Assembly: GCA_002633005.1 (NCBI GenBank)
Contig: NMRA01000001.1
Span: 2,334,933-2,398,932 of the forward strand
DNA from: Phoronis australis
Lineage: Eukaryota > Animalia > Phoronida
Length of the DNA stretch: 64,000 nt
Reading direction: 5' to 3'
Below the pieces are notes generated by a model. The model was not told where the DNA came from. It searched no databases and saw only the letters and a list, made by a program, of their open reading frames with translations. Positions 47,058 to 60,314 of this stretch are shown here, piece by piece (within the stretch, counting starts at the first letter, position 1; each line of letters opens with the position of its first letter). The position numbers and the translations under genes are program-made.

Positions 47058-50000
47058 TGTTGATGTTGGTTAAGATACCACCAAGTGTCAAGCACGCTAT
47101 CTGAAAATAAGTATAATCCCAGGCGTCGGGATTCAAATAATTAGGAAAATAAATGGGTTTAACGTAGTTTGTTTCCAAATAGCTATCAGTTTATGAGCAA
47201 GGTCATTCAGTCTGGTTACCAAACTTTGTCTCGGTTTTCTTTGCTAAAATATTGTCGTCTGCAATTGATAACTACAGTGTTAAATATTCTTGTTATTCAA
47301 TTATTTTTTAAAAAATTAACAATTTCAATGCACAAATATCGTTGTTTTCACCTTTGTTAACTCTTTTCAAGTAAAAAATTATTACATTTTATACTGTTTT
47401 CTTTTACTAGAGCTCTAAACTTGTAACATAACGCGCAAGTACATTCACTATAGGCCGTGATCCGTCACGCGAACAGTCTCGGTGAAGTACCACTACTGAA
47501 AAAATCTGACGTAAAAGTAAAAAGAAGCTTACTAGAATTCGAAGCGACTATGGGATAAATACAAAACCTCTAATGGCGAGACATCATTCCGCGTAACGAT
47601 CAAAACCGAATGCACGTTTTGAGTATAAATCCCACATCATGAATCAGCAAATAAAAAATATGGCACCACCGACTCCATTTTCGATAAAACAGACCCAACT
47701 ATTCTATCTTGGCCTAATCCGGGAAAAGAATATTAATTTCTCAAGTTTGAAATAAATGAGAGCATTCAATAGCTAAAAATAAAATGCAAATTACTATTGT
47801 CTGAAATTTATGGAACGATTTTCATCAGCAAAAAATGTCAGTCATCTCTTTAAAACTGTGTAAATAGTCCCTTTTTGGCAAGTTTCGTTCTCGTAGTTAG
47901 TAGTTGAGCTACTTGAAGTGACTGTAGACCCGCGGGGTCTTTTAATTTGTTCCTTACTCGTGTAAGTGATTCCCAGGCTTTCAAAGAATTATCTGACATG
48001 TCTTGAGAACATGCTCGGTGCGTCAAACGATTCACCGTGACAAACTAACTTGCAGAGCCTAGATTAAAAAAAGTAACGAACTGCCAGCTGTTATCAAGCC
48101 CAGAAATCTCCTCCAATGTGACTCAGGAACAACGTGGGACAAATTTCGTAAAGGCACGTGGTCTTTTAATCAATTTTTGTTGTGATGGAAGACGGGTTTA
48201 TAGCCGTGACTTTTTTAGGGGTAGTTGCAAGCACGGATGAAGTTTGAATTCAGTCTAAACGTGTAGATGTATTAGGATCAACGCAGAAAGTCGCAACAAT
48301 ACTCACCAAGAATCTTGGCTTGGTTCTGGTAGCTCGGCTGCTTCACAATAGAAGTGAGTGAAGTCTTCAGTTTACACGGTGGCAGCTGGCGTGGTGACTG
48401 TTCACAAAGCATTCACGTTGTTGGGTTTTACTCAGGTGTCAAGGGTCGCAAGTTCCATGAGCATTTGAGCGGTGATAAAAAGCGTCACAGCGGACGAAGT
48501 CAATCCCAACAGTGAGCCACAATGACACGCTACCGAGAGAACAGTGACCCCAATTATGCCAAGGGGTTCTTCAGTGCACGCAGGGGCGAAACTTCGGCGC
48601 CTGGAGAGGGATGAATAAAGACACCAGAGGTCTTCTAGACAGCGTATTTAAGATCTCTGGAGACATTAGTTAGCTGATTACGTCGTCAATTATTGTGACG
48701 AGAAAAGTGGAAGGCGGGAAATTTGTGGTAAATGTACCGACTCGAGGTAGATGCAGCTGGCGAATTATCAAAAAGCAATCTCGCCCTCTGGACTAATCCG
48801 AGATAAGAGTTATTTATGCATGATGTCATCATAACTGCGACGTCAGAAAGGCGTAGTCAGAGTAAGAACATTGCAGACGTCAACTGAGTGAGATTCAAGG
48901 ATACCCCGAAAAGTTTCACAATATTCTAGTTAAATCTTAGGGGCACTCGTTTGTATCATTAGTTGACGGGTTGTGAGGCTGGGAAATTCCGTTTTAACTT
49001 GACAAAATAAACCCCACCCTTTTTGAACAATGATCCGATGTCAATTTTCGTAAAAGTTTTAACAGATTCATACTTAAAAGAAAAATGGGCCACTGAGTTT
49101 CTAAGATAAGGTAGACTTTTTAGTCGGAATTCAATCGGTAAGTTCGTGAAAAAACCACCCTTCAGATCCAACCTGAGCTGACGTGTAGGCGACTTTCACC
49201 GACATTTCGATCTCCAAAAAATTCTTTATTACGATAGGCTGCAAAGTAAACGACATCTCTGTAAATTCAAAGGAAGTGATGCTCTCGTCACTACTGTAGG
49301 ACCACGTTAACTTACTGATCGCTACTACTGACCTTTTGAAATTACCATATATACCAGTATTTCTAAAGAGGTGCATGTTGTATTTTAATCATGTAGCCAT
49401 TTTCTAACGAATAAATAAATGTGTCTACATGTCAAATATAGACTGAAAAATTGTGGTTGCCAATGGCACTGCAAAAATAGTTATTTCTACCAACCATTTG
49501 CGTGCGTATAATGAGGCAACTTGCAGACAGGCCCTTCATGTATTGCTTGGCTGATAACACACAAAATACATGTGTATAATATGAGCGACTCGATATCCGC
49601 TAGGTGGCGTTGGCAGATAACAGCCCCCCCCCCCTTTTCGACATAGACAGCAATTAATCAGCAAAGGGGATGTTCGCCAGTGATAAAAGACCCTCGTGGT
49701 TTACCTGGGCAGTGTTCCTTACTCAAGCGAGATCTCGGGAAAACGAAAGACTTCGCGAAATATTGTCATGCCATATTCTAGCGTCCATGGAACGCAACCC
49801 TAGTAATACATGCATTTCGATGAGGAGGTCCCTTAATTCGCTTGCAATACCTAGTGAATTTCGAGGAAAATCGTACCTTGGAACCAATATGACTCCTATT
49901 CCATACTAATCGTGGCGAGTGCCATTTCACCTTATCGAATTATATATCGAGAACCCGGCAGGCAAGTTGGGGTAGAGTTCAGTAGGTAACCTTGGACCTA

Positions 50001-51567
50001 CGCTAGTACCTCGTTAAAAAGCGAGACTTCACGAGATTAAGCGAAATGTTGTCGTGTATTTTAAATGAGATCACTTGATTTGGACTGCATTTTCTAGTAG
50101 CGAGACAGGTACTGAACCCTACCCGGACTTGCTACACGCCTAAGTTACTTATCAACTACAAACTCTAGCCATGCTATACGAGAACAGGACCTCACTGAAT
50201 GCTGTATACATTTTGCACAGCAATGACATGAAGTCACCACGCGCGTCACGTTACAACTGTTGAATGTTGAACAATGCGTGTCATTATCAAACTTGAGAAA
50301 AACTTCACACGACAGGCCTCCAATTACGGGTCTATCCGATAATGCTAGGTTTCCGGGGTGTTTGTCAGAACCGACACGAAAGAAACAAAGCACGTTACAA
50401 GATTTGTTGTTGATCTCAGTGACAGAACACAATGATCAATGTTGTCACAGGGGTGCACTGGGCGGGGTATAACAATAATTGCACCAAATTGCTCAACGAA
50501 TTTTCACAGCTAGTGCTTGTAGTGAGTTACATCGTACTATGTTAATTGGAAGCCTGTAATTTTTCAACTAGTTAATAATTCAAAACCAATTTGTTTTACT
50601 TTTAGAGGAATATGACAGACTTTGGCAGAGATTGTATTTAAAACCATTTCAAGTATTCCACTGGTTCAACATAACTCTATGAACATGTGTAATAAGATAC
50701 ATAAAAGATATTCAACAATTCATTTATTATCCAAAATCCATAGTATACTACTAAGTAACAATCCATCACCGCTTCATCCTAGAAATAATGATTATTTCAA
50801 ATAGAAATAATATTTAATAATCTCTAATAACATATTGGTTATTCTCAACTCCTTACAATATTTTGATTCTACAATAACGTGATACAAAATTCACTAACTC
50901 CTTTTAACATTCTTGTACGAGACAAATTTCAAACGTTGTGGCTTACAAGGAGAATTCAGTTGCAGTACATAACCATGACGGCGAGTTTGGCGTAAGTGAT
51001 TAAAAAAACAAGACAAAAATAACATCGCATCCGAATGCAAAAGAGGTCCACCACTGCTTTATTCACCAACGTCTTGAAAAGTTTTCGCGAAAAGCTGCAT
51101 CTGAAATTTAAAAAAGTTCCATAGAAGTCAAAATTAGTTGCTATCGCGTTGTTTTCTGAGGCCGAGAACTTATTGAACGACCCTCGTTCAAAGGTCTGCA
51201 TACTATTTTTCCTGAGCCTGGAACTTGACCATTTACCTTAAAGAAATATCTGTAAACAATATTCAGCATGGCACTGCAGTTTTTTGAGTTTTTGTTGTTA
51301 GATTTGTAATAAATGATATGCACTCACCGTGTGCATCAGGTATAGCGCAGATACAAGGGGTGGTTACTATTTTAAACACTCTCCACAAAAGAGAGAAACG
51401 TAGTTAACTTAAAATACTCGGCAGGGGATGTATAGCACGTCAGCAATTCCCTCAATAGGACCACATCTGCCAAGACCGTAAAAAACCTAAAAATACCTGG
51501 GGACATAGTTGTATTTCAGTGACAGATCTACATTTTCAGTAAGGAGGGAGGGGGGGGGGGGTAGGAT

Positions 51568-51683
51568 NNNNNNNNNNNNNNNNNNNNNNNNNNNNNNNNN
51601 NNNNNNNNNNNNNNNNNNNNNNNNNNNNNNNNNNNNNNNNNNNNNNNNNNNNNNNNNNNNNNNNNNNNNNNNNNNNNNNNNNN
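51568..51683. other. Assembly gap (N run)
   Basis: Run of N. Confidence 1.
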
Positions 51684-51868
51684 TAGAAATACACTTGCCA
51701 AATTTCACAAAGATCCTTTAAGGATGTAGGAAAACCAGTTGCAAATGGGAAAAAAGTAAACTGCTAATAGGGAGAACTGTACAAAAAACCATCGTCAGTC
51801 ATGCTCTTCCCAGTAGGAACACATGCCAATTCTTAGGGTGGTTTGTCCTATATAGAGATTGCCAAAAG

Positions 51869-52086
51869 CATGCGCGCACCCAGCCTAAAATATAGGGGGG
51901 CTCGAATTTTTCGATATGCGTACCTTTTACTGAAAGAAATCAACGAGGACTAAAAAAAAAAAAAAACGGGACCACTAGGTTCAGACCCACGAACCGTGCT
52001 TCCGCGCCGACTTCCCGTGGATTTTGTGGACTTTTTTTCACTGAGGCGGACCTTTTTGCCCAATTCACCCCCTGGGTGCGCCCATG
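51869..52086. mobile_element. MITE of the 30079-30309 family with perfect 5-bp TSD AAAAG, nested in a HINE-like repeat
   Basis: Ends CATGCGCGCACCCAG / CTGGGTGCGCCCATG; AAAAG at 51864-51868 and 52087-52091. Confidence 0.85.
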
Positions 52087-52480
52087 AAAAGAAAAATAAT
52101 AAAAACCGGCCAAAAATCATAGTCATCCATCCTCTTTCAAGTGGGGACAAATACGTCAATTTTCATATTCATCCTCAGAGCGGTTTGGCCGACAAAGAGG
52201 CGGACGCCGAAACAAAGACAATAAAAATAGCCACAAGAGGGCGTGCACTATGTCAAATCCATCTCGAAAACGGTCATCATCTCTTAATAAAAATATGTTT
52301 GTCGAATTTTATATATGTCAGTAAGTGACTTAATCAAAGGTTCGGAAGCAGACCCCCTAAGAAGGTAAAAATATTGTGCTGGGTGGGCACAAGCCAATTC
52401 GACTTCGACAAATTTTGACCCTCCTTTATATCACCACCATCTCCGCCGCCACCCCTATTCTCCAGATGGCGCCATTTTTT

Positions 52481-55400
52481 TCACTGACCACTACCTCCTG
52501 TCAACAAGAACAGGGTTATTGTGTTGTGCATTAAAAGCGAGTTTTATGTAACATGTTACGAGATTATGATTGAAAATTTACTCTTACCCAGTGCCCCATG
52601 GCTCAATGCTATGGCTGAGAGCACTAGGGATAACACGTAGCAAGCGAACGGGTTTTTAATGTTTCGCCTCTACTTAATGTATGGAGATCGCGTATATCAA
52701 GAGTTGTGACTACCTTCCTCTCATTTTTCCCCAAAAAGTTAACGGTTTTAATTGCTGTAAAAACAAGATATTTAATATTGAAAAGTACGCATGGTTCGAG
52801 AAGAACAAGAGTATTCGTGAGAAACACCCTTTTAGTCTGTGTCACAGAAGCTTCTCGGGGGGGAGGGGAGAGGGGTGACTTACCGCGGTCGTCTTCGGAG
52901 TAATCGTAAGCCCTGTTTCGGTAACTTCTATGACCGCTGCCACCTCTGAAAAAAAGAAAAGCAGCGTAGGATTGTTTCCATACTACGTCACTTTCGACTT
53001 TAAAGCACTGAACTGGCGACGAAAGAATGCTCGATTTTAATGTGTTTGTGTATCCGAATTCATTGAATGCTAATAGTACATAAAGGTGAACGAAATTTCA
53101 GAACAGCTTCAAACTGTAAGCCGTAGCGTCCTAGGCGAAACACTGTCGGCCGTGTTCGATGTGCAGATTGAGTGGTTGTTGATTACATCCAATGCGACTA
53201 TGACGCAACTAGAAAACTACGTTGTGACGCAAGAGCAAGAGTCTGGTTTTGGTTGCGTTTCAGAATTAACGAGAGCGACGCAAAGCACGTTGACACGCGC
53301 AATGGGATTTTTATCCATTTTTTCACATTATTCTAATATAGTAGATAGAGCATGTAGATAAAGCCTGTGTAAATGTAAATATAAATTTAAATTCAAATAG
53401 GGCGAATGTGAGTGTGAGTGGGTGTTTTAAACTCCTTCCCTTTCCGCTTTCATCTACCCCTCTTATACTTATCTCGTGTTTATGCTCACGTGGACATGCC
53501 TTGGAGGCCGGTTTCGAACTGACCGAAAAGTCGATTCCGTGTCTCATGTATATTAGTGGCAGTTTTGACTACTCTTAAACGGGAAAGGTTACTCAACGAG
53601 TTTCTCAATAAGTGAATACCGTCAATGCTCCATTTTCACAGGTAAATCGTGCATAAAAAATGTTACACACAATTTTAAAAGTATGTTTTTAAATGCATTA
53701 TGGCGAATTCAACTTATCAGATAGGAAGTACTCACTCAAGAGAATCACCGTAGGTTAGCCACAAGTTCGGTTTTGCATCTTCAACATTCCTGGTTCTTTC
53801 GTAGTCGACCACCTCCCGTTGAGAATATCGGTTGGAATAGAGTGGATACTCAGCGCCGCCTGACGGCCAGTTGTTGCCAGAAGTGTAACTGGGAGGTTGG
53901 GAGACCCGTTGCTGTCTTGCGTCGTAACGCACGGGTTGCTCTGGCCCATAACTGGCAAAATGTAAAGCATATTGCAAATGCATATGTGGTGACGTACTTA
54001 CCTCAGTTAGCAATAACAGCCGTGCCCGTGAATGTTTATATAGAGTGAGACTTGAGAGCTTTTTGTATAACATGATTACATTTCGATTCGTTACGGTTTG
54101 AAATTGACTACTTGACTTGATTACTGTGACACACCGCTGCATCGCCAGACCAAATCTTTATCGGAAGGAAAGTCCGAAACAAAGATATTACCCCATAGGC
54201 TATGCAAATAATGCAATTTCAGGCAAATTTATTTTTCATAGAATTGCAGAACTCATTGTCTGACAAACAGGATTTCAATCAAACAGTTTTGTTTCAGTAA
54301 TTGCATCTACGAATATTCTGTGCTCAAGTAGGAGTTTACACTATCGCCCCTGAGACCGGCACGATAATTATACTCGAGATTTCCAAAGAGTGGCTTACTC
54401 GTATACAACGTGATGCACTACAGCCCCATCTCTGTACTTTTTGTCTCTTCTCCTTGTAAAGCAGCAAAGAACAGCTACAAATATGAGCAACAGGCTAAGC
54501 CCAACCAAGCCGGCCAGAGAGCCTATGACAGCGTAACAAGCCGTCTCCGTCATCTGCAGTTTGCTGGCGATAAGAACCAATTCGGCGGTCTCATTTACTG
54601 TAAAATATACGATATAAATGGAAAGACAATGTACCAACTGCTGGTGCACTGTTGCTTGAAATTTCATCGATTCAAAAGAAATGTATGGATTCAGGTCTTT
54701 CAGTGGGACCTCTCATGACACAAGCCCCTCTATGATAGCTGTTGCCTAATGCTCTCAGTTTAGATGTTAAAAATGGATCGTTCTATTAGTACCACTTCGT
54801 GAATAAAGAATCACCCATGACAGCATCTGCCTCGGATAATGCTATCTCGCTATGCATTGTACACCCTCGTTCATGTAATCGAGTCCAGCTGTAGGTATAC
54901 ATAGACTTTGCAGACATTTACTTACATTTACAAGAAGCGGCTGAAGGATCCCACTTAGGCGTGCCTCCATCGAGTTTGCAACAAGCCGTTTTTGGCCCGA
55001 CGAGGTAGAAATCTGTGTAACAACTGAACGAAAGACATGTCCCGACCGTGCGCGACGAATCGTTTGTAAAGGTTTGGTTCTCAGCCGTAATCACGGTGGT
55101 TCCTGAAACCACGTTTATATGCGTTGATCAAACGATATCTCCAAAATACCTGATTTGCCACGTTGCTATGCTAACTGCGATCGATTGGCCTCAAGATTGT
55201 TCGGTGTCTGAATGGAAGAAAAGCTTTGAGTACCGAAATAATTTAAAATTCCCGGAATTCAGAAAGTTTCGGATTCTATGACACAAAGACCTCCTTATTT
55301 TCCAAACTTGTGGTTTACAATAGATCTATTCAAACATTACGTTACTGATTGTTGAAAACGGCGATATCATTTATCACTCATTTTAACAGATTATTAGCAC

Positions 55401-56915
55401 ATTTCACAATTTCACATTCTGAGGTGAAAGCAATTGGTATTGATAACAATTTTAGTAACAAGAGCAACGCCGATCTTTGATATGCACCCATCATGTGCAT
55501 CTCATGCAGCGTAGATAACGAGACGATCATTCGCACTAAATGAAGCCATGCAGTAAAGTTAATAATAGCCGATAGAGGGGGTGCAGAGCAAGTCAGAAAG
55601 TCTCTATATCCTAAAAGAACACAATGACAGTCCACCTTTCGTCATGACTCTTCAAGAAGTTTTGAGGATAGTGAGGCAGACGACAAAGGAAACAAAACAA
55701 AAGAAAGGCCCGGCCACCATGAAGTGCAACGTATGTCAAATCTATCTGAAGCTACATGGGTATTGTTGTCTACGTGACGGACAGCAACTTATTTACATAA
55801 TTTCAAGAACATTCGCCAAGGAACGTGATACATATCAAGGCAAACGCATAGAAAAACAAATATCAGTGCCACAGCCTAGTCGCATTTGTCCCAAATTCCA
55901 CGTCAGTTGTATTCTCCTCAGTAGAAACGCGTGACAAATTTCACGAAGATCCATCGAGGACTAACAAAAAAAATAAATTGCAAGGGGCAACAGAAGTGGA
56001 ACCATTCAAAGATCGTCGACAGCCATGCACTTTCCAGAAGGCGAAACATTTAAAATTTCCATAAGTAATTTGGCTGACAGACAGACGTCAAAAACAGGAA
56101 AATAACATAAATGGCCACTAGGTGGCATGGCAATACGTCTCATCTACCCTTTAATGGGAAAGTGTTATCGTCTCTTATAGGTTGCCATGTAACATGGAAA
56201 TTGGTCAAGTTACTCAAAAGATGCAGAAGCAAAGGTGAAAATACCAAAATGCCACTGGGTGGCACACCGACAATCGGATATTTGCTCATGCCGTCCATTT
56301 ACGATAGGAACATGTCTTCAAAATTTCAGAAACATCAGCCAAAGGGTTTGGGAGATACAGCAGTGAAGGGAATTTTGGAAATGCATTTTCTGACTTAATT
56401 ACTGGCTTGTATTTACTGCCCGTAGAACAATATAAAGTTACGTAACGGAACGCATCTTCGCTCTGCCTTCACTTCCAGTCTAAACTTATGATGGCCAGTA
56501 CTCAGTCCCATTGAAAACAATCTGCGCAGGGTATTCAAGTTTGTTCAACGGGAGTGAATGCAGACCCAAGATCCAGTTCACGCTACTCTCTACTGTTCAA
56601 AAGATAACACATACTCGCCAAGAGGGCAATAATTAACACGGATAAACAGGGATCTGTCAAAAATTGGTTGTTTTCCCCATTAAGTAGGAAGGCCAGCTTC
56701 AATAGCCACTGATCAAGTACCAAGTGAAAAGTAAAGAAACAAGCAATTAATGTCTGAAGTACGTAGGTTGGCTAAAATCACGTTAAGTAAAATTCTTTTG
56801 TGACTGCGCTAATTTTATGAACAAAACGCGGGGTTGGCACTATCTGGCATACTCTACTCCTTTGTAATATATCCTGTTGCACCTTACCTACATAGGGACA
56901 CAATGAACTCGACAT
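52481..56915 (-). CDS. SUSD3-like Sushi/CCP single-pass membrane protein, paralog B, about 232 aa; exons 56915-56888, 55102-54926, 54597-54399, 53951-53736, 52945-52884, 52497-52481
   Basis: MSSSLCPYV|GTTVITAENQTFTNDSSRTVGTCLSFSCYTDFYLVGPKTACCKLDGGTPKWDPSAASCK|...ACYAVIGSLAGLVGLSLLLIFVAVLCCF (TM) RRRDKK..., followed by a Tyr-rich tail. The Sushi exon is 177 nt, as in paralog A; the terminal exon is tentative. Confidence 0.78.
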
Positions 56916-59900
56916 ATTCGATGTACGTCAATGGAGATGCAATGATAGCACAGTGAATACGTGGGCATTCAGCAATCTGAAAACAAAACAAAACAAGAGC
57001 AACGCAGAGCGTTGAAATGCGCCCACAATTGCACCGCATACGGTATCCTTCTAGGGTTGTTTTACCATAAAGTGGCCAGTAAAGGGCATATATGTAGTAT
57101 GTTGTACTTAGCAAAATGGAAAGGCATGGTCATTGTCTCCTCAATAGGCTAGGGGCAAAATGTGAGTAATCTTCATAATACAAGCACATCCTATACACCA
57201 GTTGCTTAAAGCACCACAGAAACATAGAATTAAAAACAAATTTACCAACATACGAGATTAGCACAGCACTAGAATGCCAGAAACAAATTTCTACTTGGAA
57301 CTTTTCCTTCATAGTCAAGAAGTAACACAAAGTATACACCTGAAGACCTATGAAAATACAGAGGTCAATGTAAAATACTAAAATTGCCACTAGGGACAAA
57401 TACTAAAATTGCCACTAGAGGCATACCGGTAGTCAGAATCATCCTAAAGTCGTCATCGTCCGTTGTCAACATCACATAAATACACTAGCTAAATTTAGTA
57501 AAGATCCTGCAAACGGTTTGGGAGATACAGCCATGGGCGCAAAAAAAACAAAACTGCCACTAGGAGGCGCCACAGTAGTCGAAATCGTCGGAAAATCATC
57601 GTCAACCGTCCTCTACATAGTAAGCACATACATGCCAATTTTCACAATCATCCTTTGAGCGGTTTGGTTGATAGAGGTGTGGACGCACAAAAACAGACTC
57701 GAAAACACTAAAAATGGCCACTAGGTGGCGCAAACTATGTCAAATCCATCTGAAAACGGGAGGATAGCGTCATCTCACTAATAGGTGCGTACATACCAAC
57801 TTTCATGAAAATCCGTTAAGGACTTGTGAAGATACAAAGGTAAGCGTAAAAAACTAAAATTGCCACTAGGGGGCACACCGGTAGTCGGATTTGTCCGAAA
57901 GCCTGTTCGCACATGCCGTCCCATTCATGAATGGAACATATGTGCCAAATTTCATGAACGTATGTCAAAGGGTTTTGGAGATACTGGAGCAGCGGACGCC
58001 GGACACCGGACGCCGCCCGGACGGACGGACGGACAGAGATGACGGCATAATGCGTCCACATATAAATATGTGGGCGCATAAAAATACGTAATTCTGGACC
58101 CAACATGTATAATCATGTACTTTGCAACTCGTCATTACAGCCGACCTTTTTGGTGCCATCTGACCTTTAAAACTTACGTCACTTCTCAACTCCACATAAG
58201 TGACTGCAATATTTTTATAAGTTTCCCTGGCTGAACAACGAGAACAGCGGAAGCGGAAACGCTAACACCAGAAATAATCATTAGTTACAAGCACAATAAA
58301 AGAACAACACAGTATTTAGAATAATAAAAATCAAACCTACTATGCCAAAACACCCATGGCAAAAGCATGAACAACGACGAGGTCAGTTGTATTGACCTGA
58401 ATGACAAACACAACGATTAACTGGCACTGAGCAAAGACGATGACTGAATGCGTTCACATATTGTGTTATCACTCGGGGGGGGAGCGGGTTTGCAAAGATG
58501 ACGATTTATGGCAGGGGAAGGGGGTTACCCTCATGGCGAAGCCATCGTGTGGTTTATTAGATTATATCCACCACAGTACATATCGTTGAAAACTGGTTCA
58601 CCTTCAGTTTTAAGGGAAATCACTAATTCCAAATCCGGGGATCTGCCGTTTCACGCTTCCAGGATTTGATCACATTTCACGAGTTATCTAATAAATATGC
58701 ACACAGACAAACGACAGTCCCACTCCATTATGCCTAAACTGGGGGAGGGTGGGCTGGGTTGACGTAACATGGAGGCTTAACGGGGATTTATATCACTATG
58801 ACGGATGATGACAGAGGGACGGGGGGAGAGGTAGTGGGAAATTTTGGATGACGTAACATGTGAACGCTTCCTAACAGGCGTAGGCACATAACGACGTCTC
58901 ACCTGTGGGCGAATTTTGGTTTGTCCAAAAATCCATGTATTTTACGAATCATTCACAATTTTTATCCCTGTTTATGGTGACAAGAACTTTGATGAACATA
59001 ATTATTTTAAACATTTAGCAGGAGGGACCAACATTATTCAAGGGGCGCAAAACAAGTTGTCCAAAATTAATAGTGCCAAGCGCTGCTCCAACTATGCATG
59101 GTTTTACAGAAAGAGACGCGGTTGCACAAAATAATGTAGACTGCCGCCAACAAGGCGTATACCATTCGCCTGATACGTCAGATAAAATTACCGCTAGATG
59201 GTGCCACAATAGTTGGATCTGGTCAGTCATGCGCTCCTTACACTTGCCTTCAGCCAGACGGATGACAAAAACAGACAAACGAAATATAAAAGGCAGGCCA
59301 CTAGGGGCGCAACACAGCTCAAAGTAGTCTGAAAGGACGCTGGTGGCGTCGATTCCTAAATAAGTAACCCATTTGCCTAATTTCATGAACATGAATCAAG
59401 GAGCTTGGAAGACAATGGAGCAGATCCAAAGAAAACCAAAATTGTCTCTTGGGACTACTGTAGTACATTAGTAGTCGGATTCGTCCCACAATCGAAGTCA
59501 GATGTGCTCTTCTCAACAGGAACGATTAACTACAAAAATTCATGACGATCCATCGACTTCAAGGCCAATTTTATAACATTCTATTGAACGGTTCGGGTGA
59601 TACAGGGAGGCGAACGCCAAAATAGACTAGAAATAATACAACTGGCTACCAGCTGACGGGGAACGTGTTGAATCCGTCCCAAAATGAGAAGGCGTCGTTG
59701 TAGTCTCTTTATTAAAAACCTGTTTTCAAATTTTAGGACTGGCGTCAACAAACTCCGAAAATACATTAGAAGAAAACCGAAATTGCCAATAGAGATCACA
59801 GCGGTAGTTAGGTCCATTTTAAAGAAGTCGGTATCCACCGTCACGTCAATAGGAAAACATTTTTCAAATTTCACTACGGTCCCTCTCATAGTTTAGGAAA

Positions 59901-59986
59901 TTCATCTGTTGACAGCTGGACCGTTGGACGCCGGATAAAGATGGCGGCAATATGCCACCACACATGTGTATGTGAGCACATGAAAA
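55860..59986 (+). mobile_element. Cluster of Helentron-associated (HINE/pearl-like) elements; best copy at about 57340-58085
   Basis: Tandem cores of about 150-160 bp (aaattgccactagg.ggc...caaatttcatgaa...ggtttgggagataca), a (GGAC)n microsatellite at about 58019-58034 and a 3' hairpin ATGCGTCCACATA/TATGTGGGCGCAT (58050-58079). Similar degenerate copies at 55.9-56.4 and 59.1-60.0 kb. Confidence 0.65.
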
Positions 59987-60314
59987 TCAACATTTTTTCA
60001 CTTTAATGCGACCACTCATTTCAACCAATGCATAAATACACAAAACGTACCGAGAGTGGCGTTTATCACTGAGGTAATATCCTACGACTAGACATTATTT
60101 CGCGGAATAATGTCGAGTGGGATATTACTTCGTGTATGCCAATCGAGGTACGTTTTGTATTTATCTCATGTGCTTCGAATTCCTAAGTTTCTTTCATTTT
60201 TTCGGCAGATTTTTAAAAGCTTCACTCAGACTGTTCATGTGGCGTATCACATCCTATATGTATGTACTAACTTGTGCGTTAGGTTGCAACTTTTGTCTAG
60301 TAAATGCAACGATT

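Noticed and set aside
55128-55200. In-frame TGA at the expected first Sushi Cys (selenocysteine or pseudogene)
   Set aside because: An acceptor at 55103-55104 gives a 177-nt exon identical in length to paralog A, and the first Cys lies in the upstream exon, so the TGAs are intronic.
55378-55500. Signal-peptide-like ORF MMGAYQRSALLLLLKLL as first exon of paralog B
   Set aside because: No convincing donor site and no CP motif; exon 56915-56888 parallels paralog A better. Not fully excluded.
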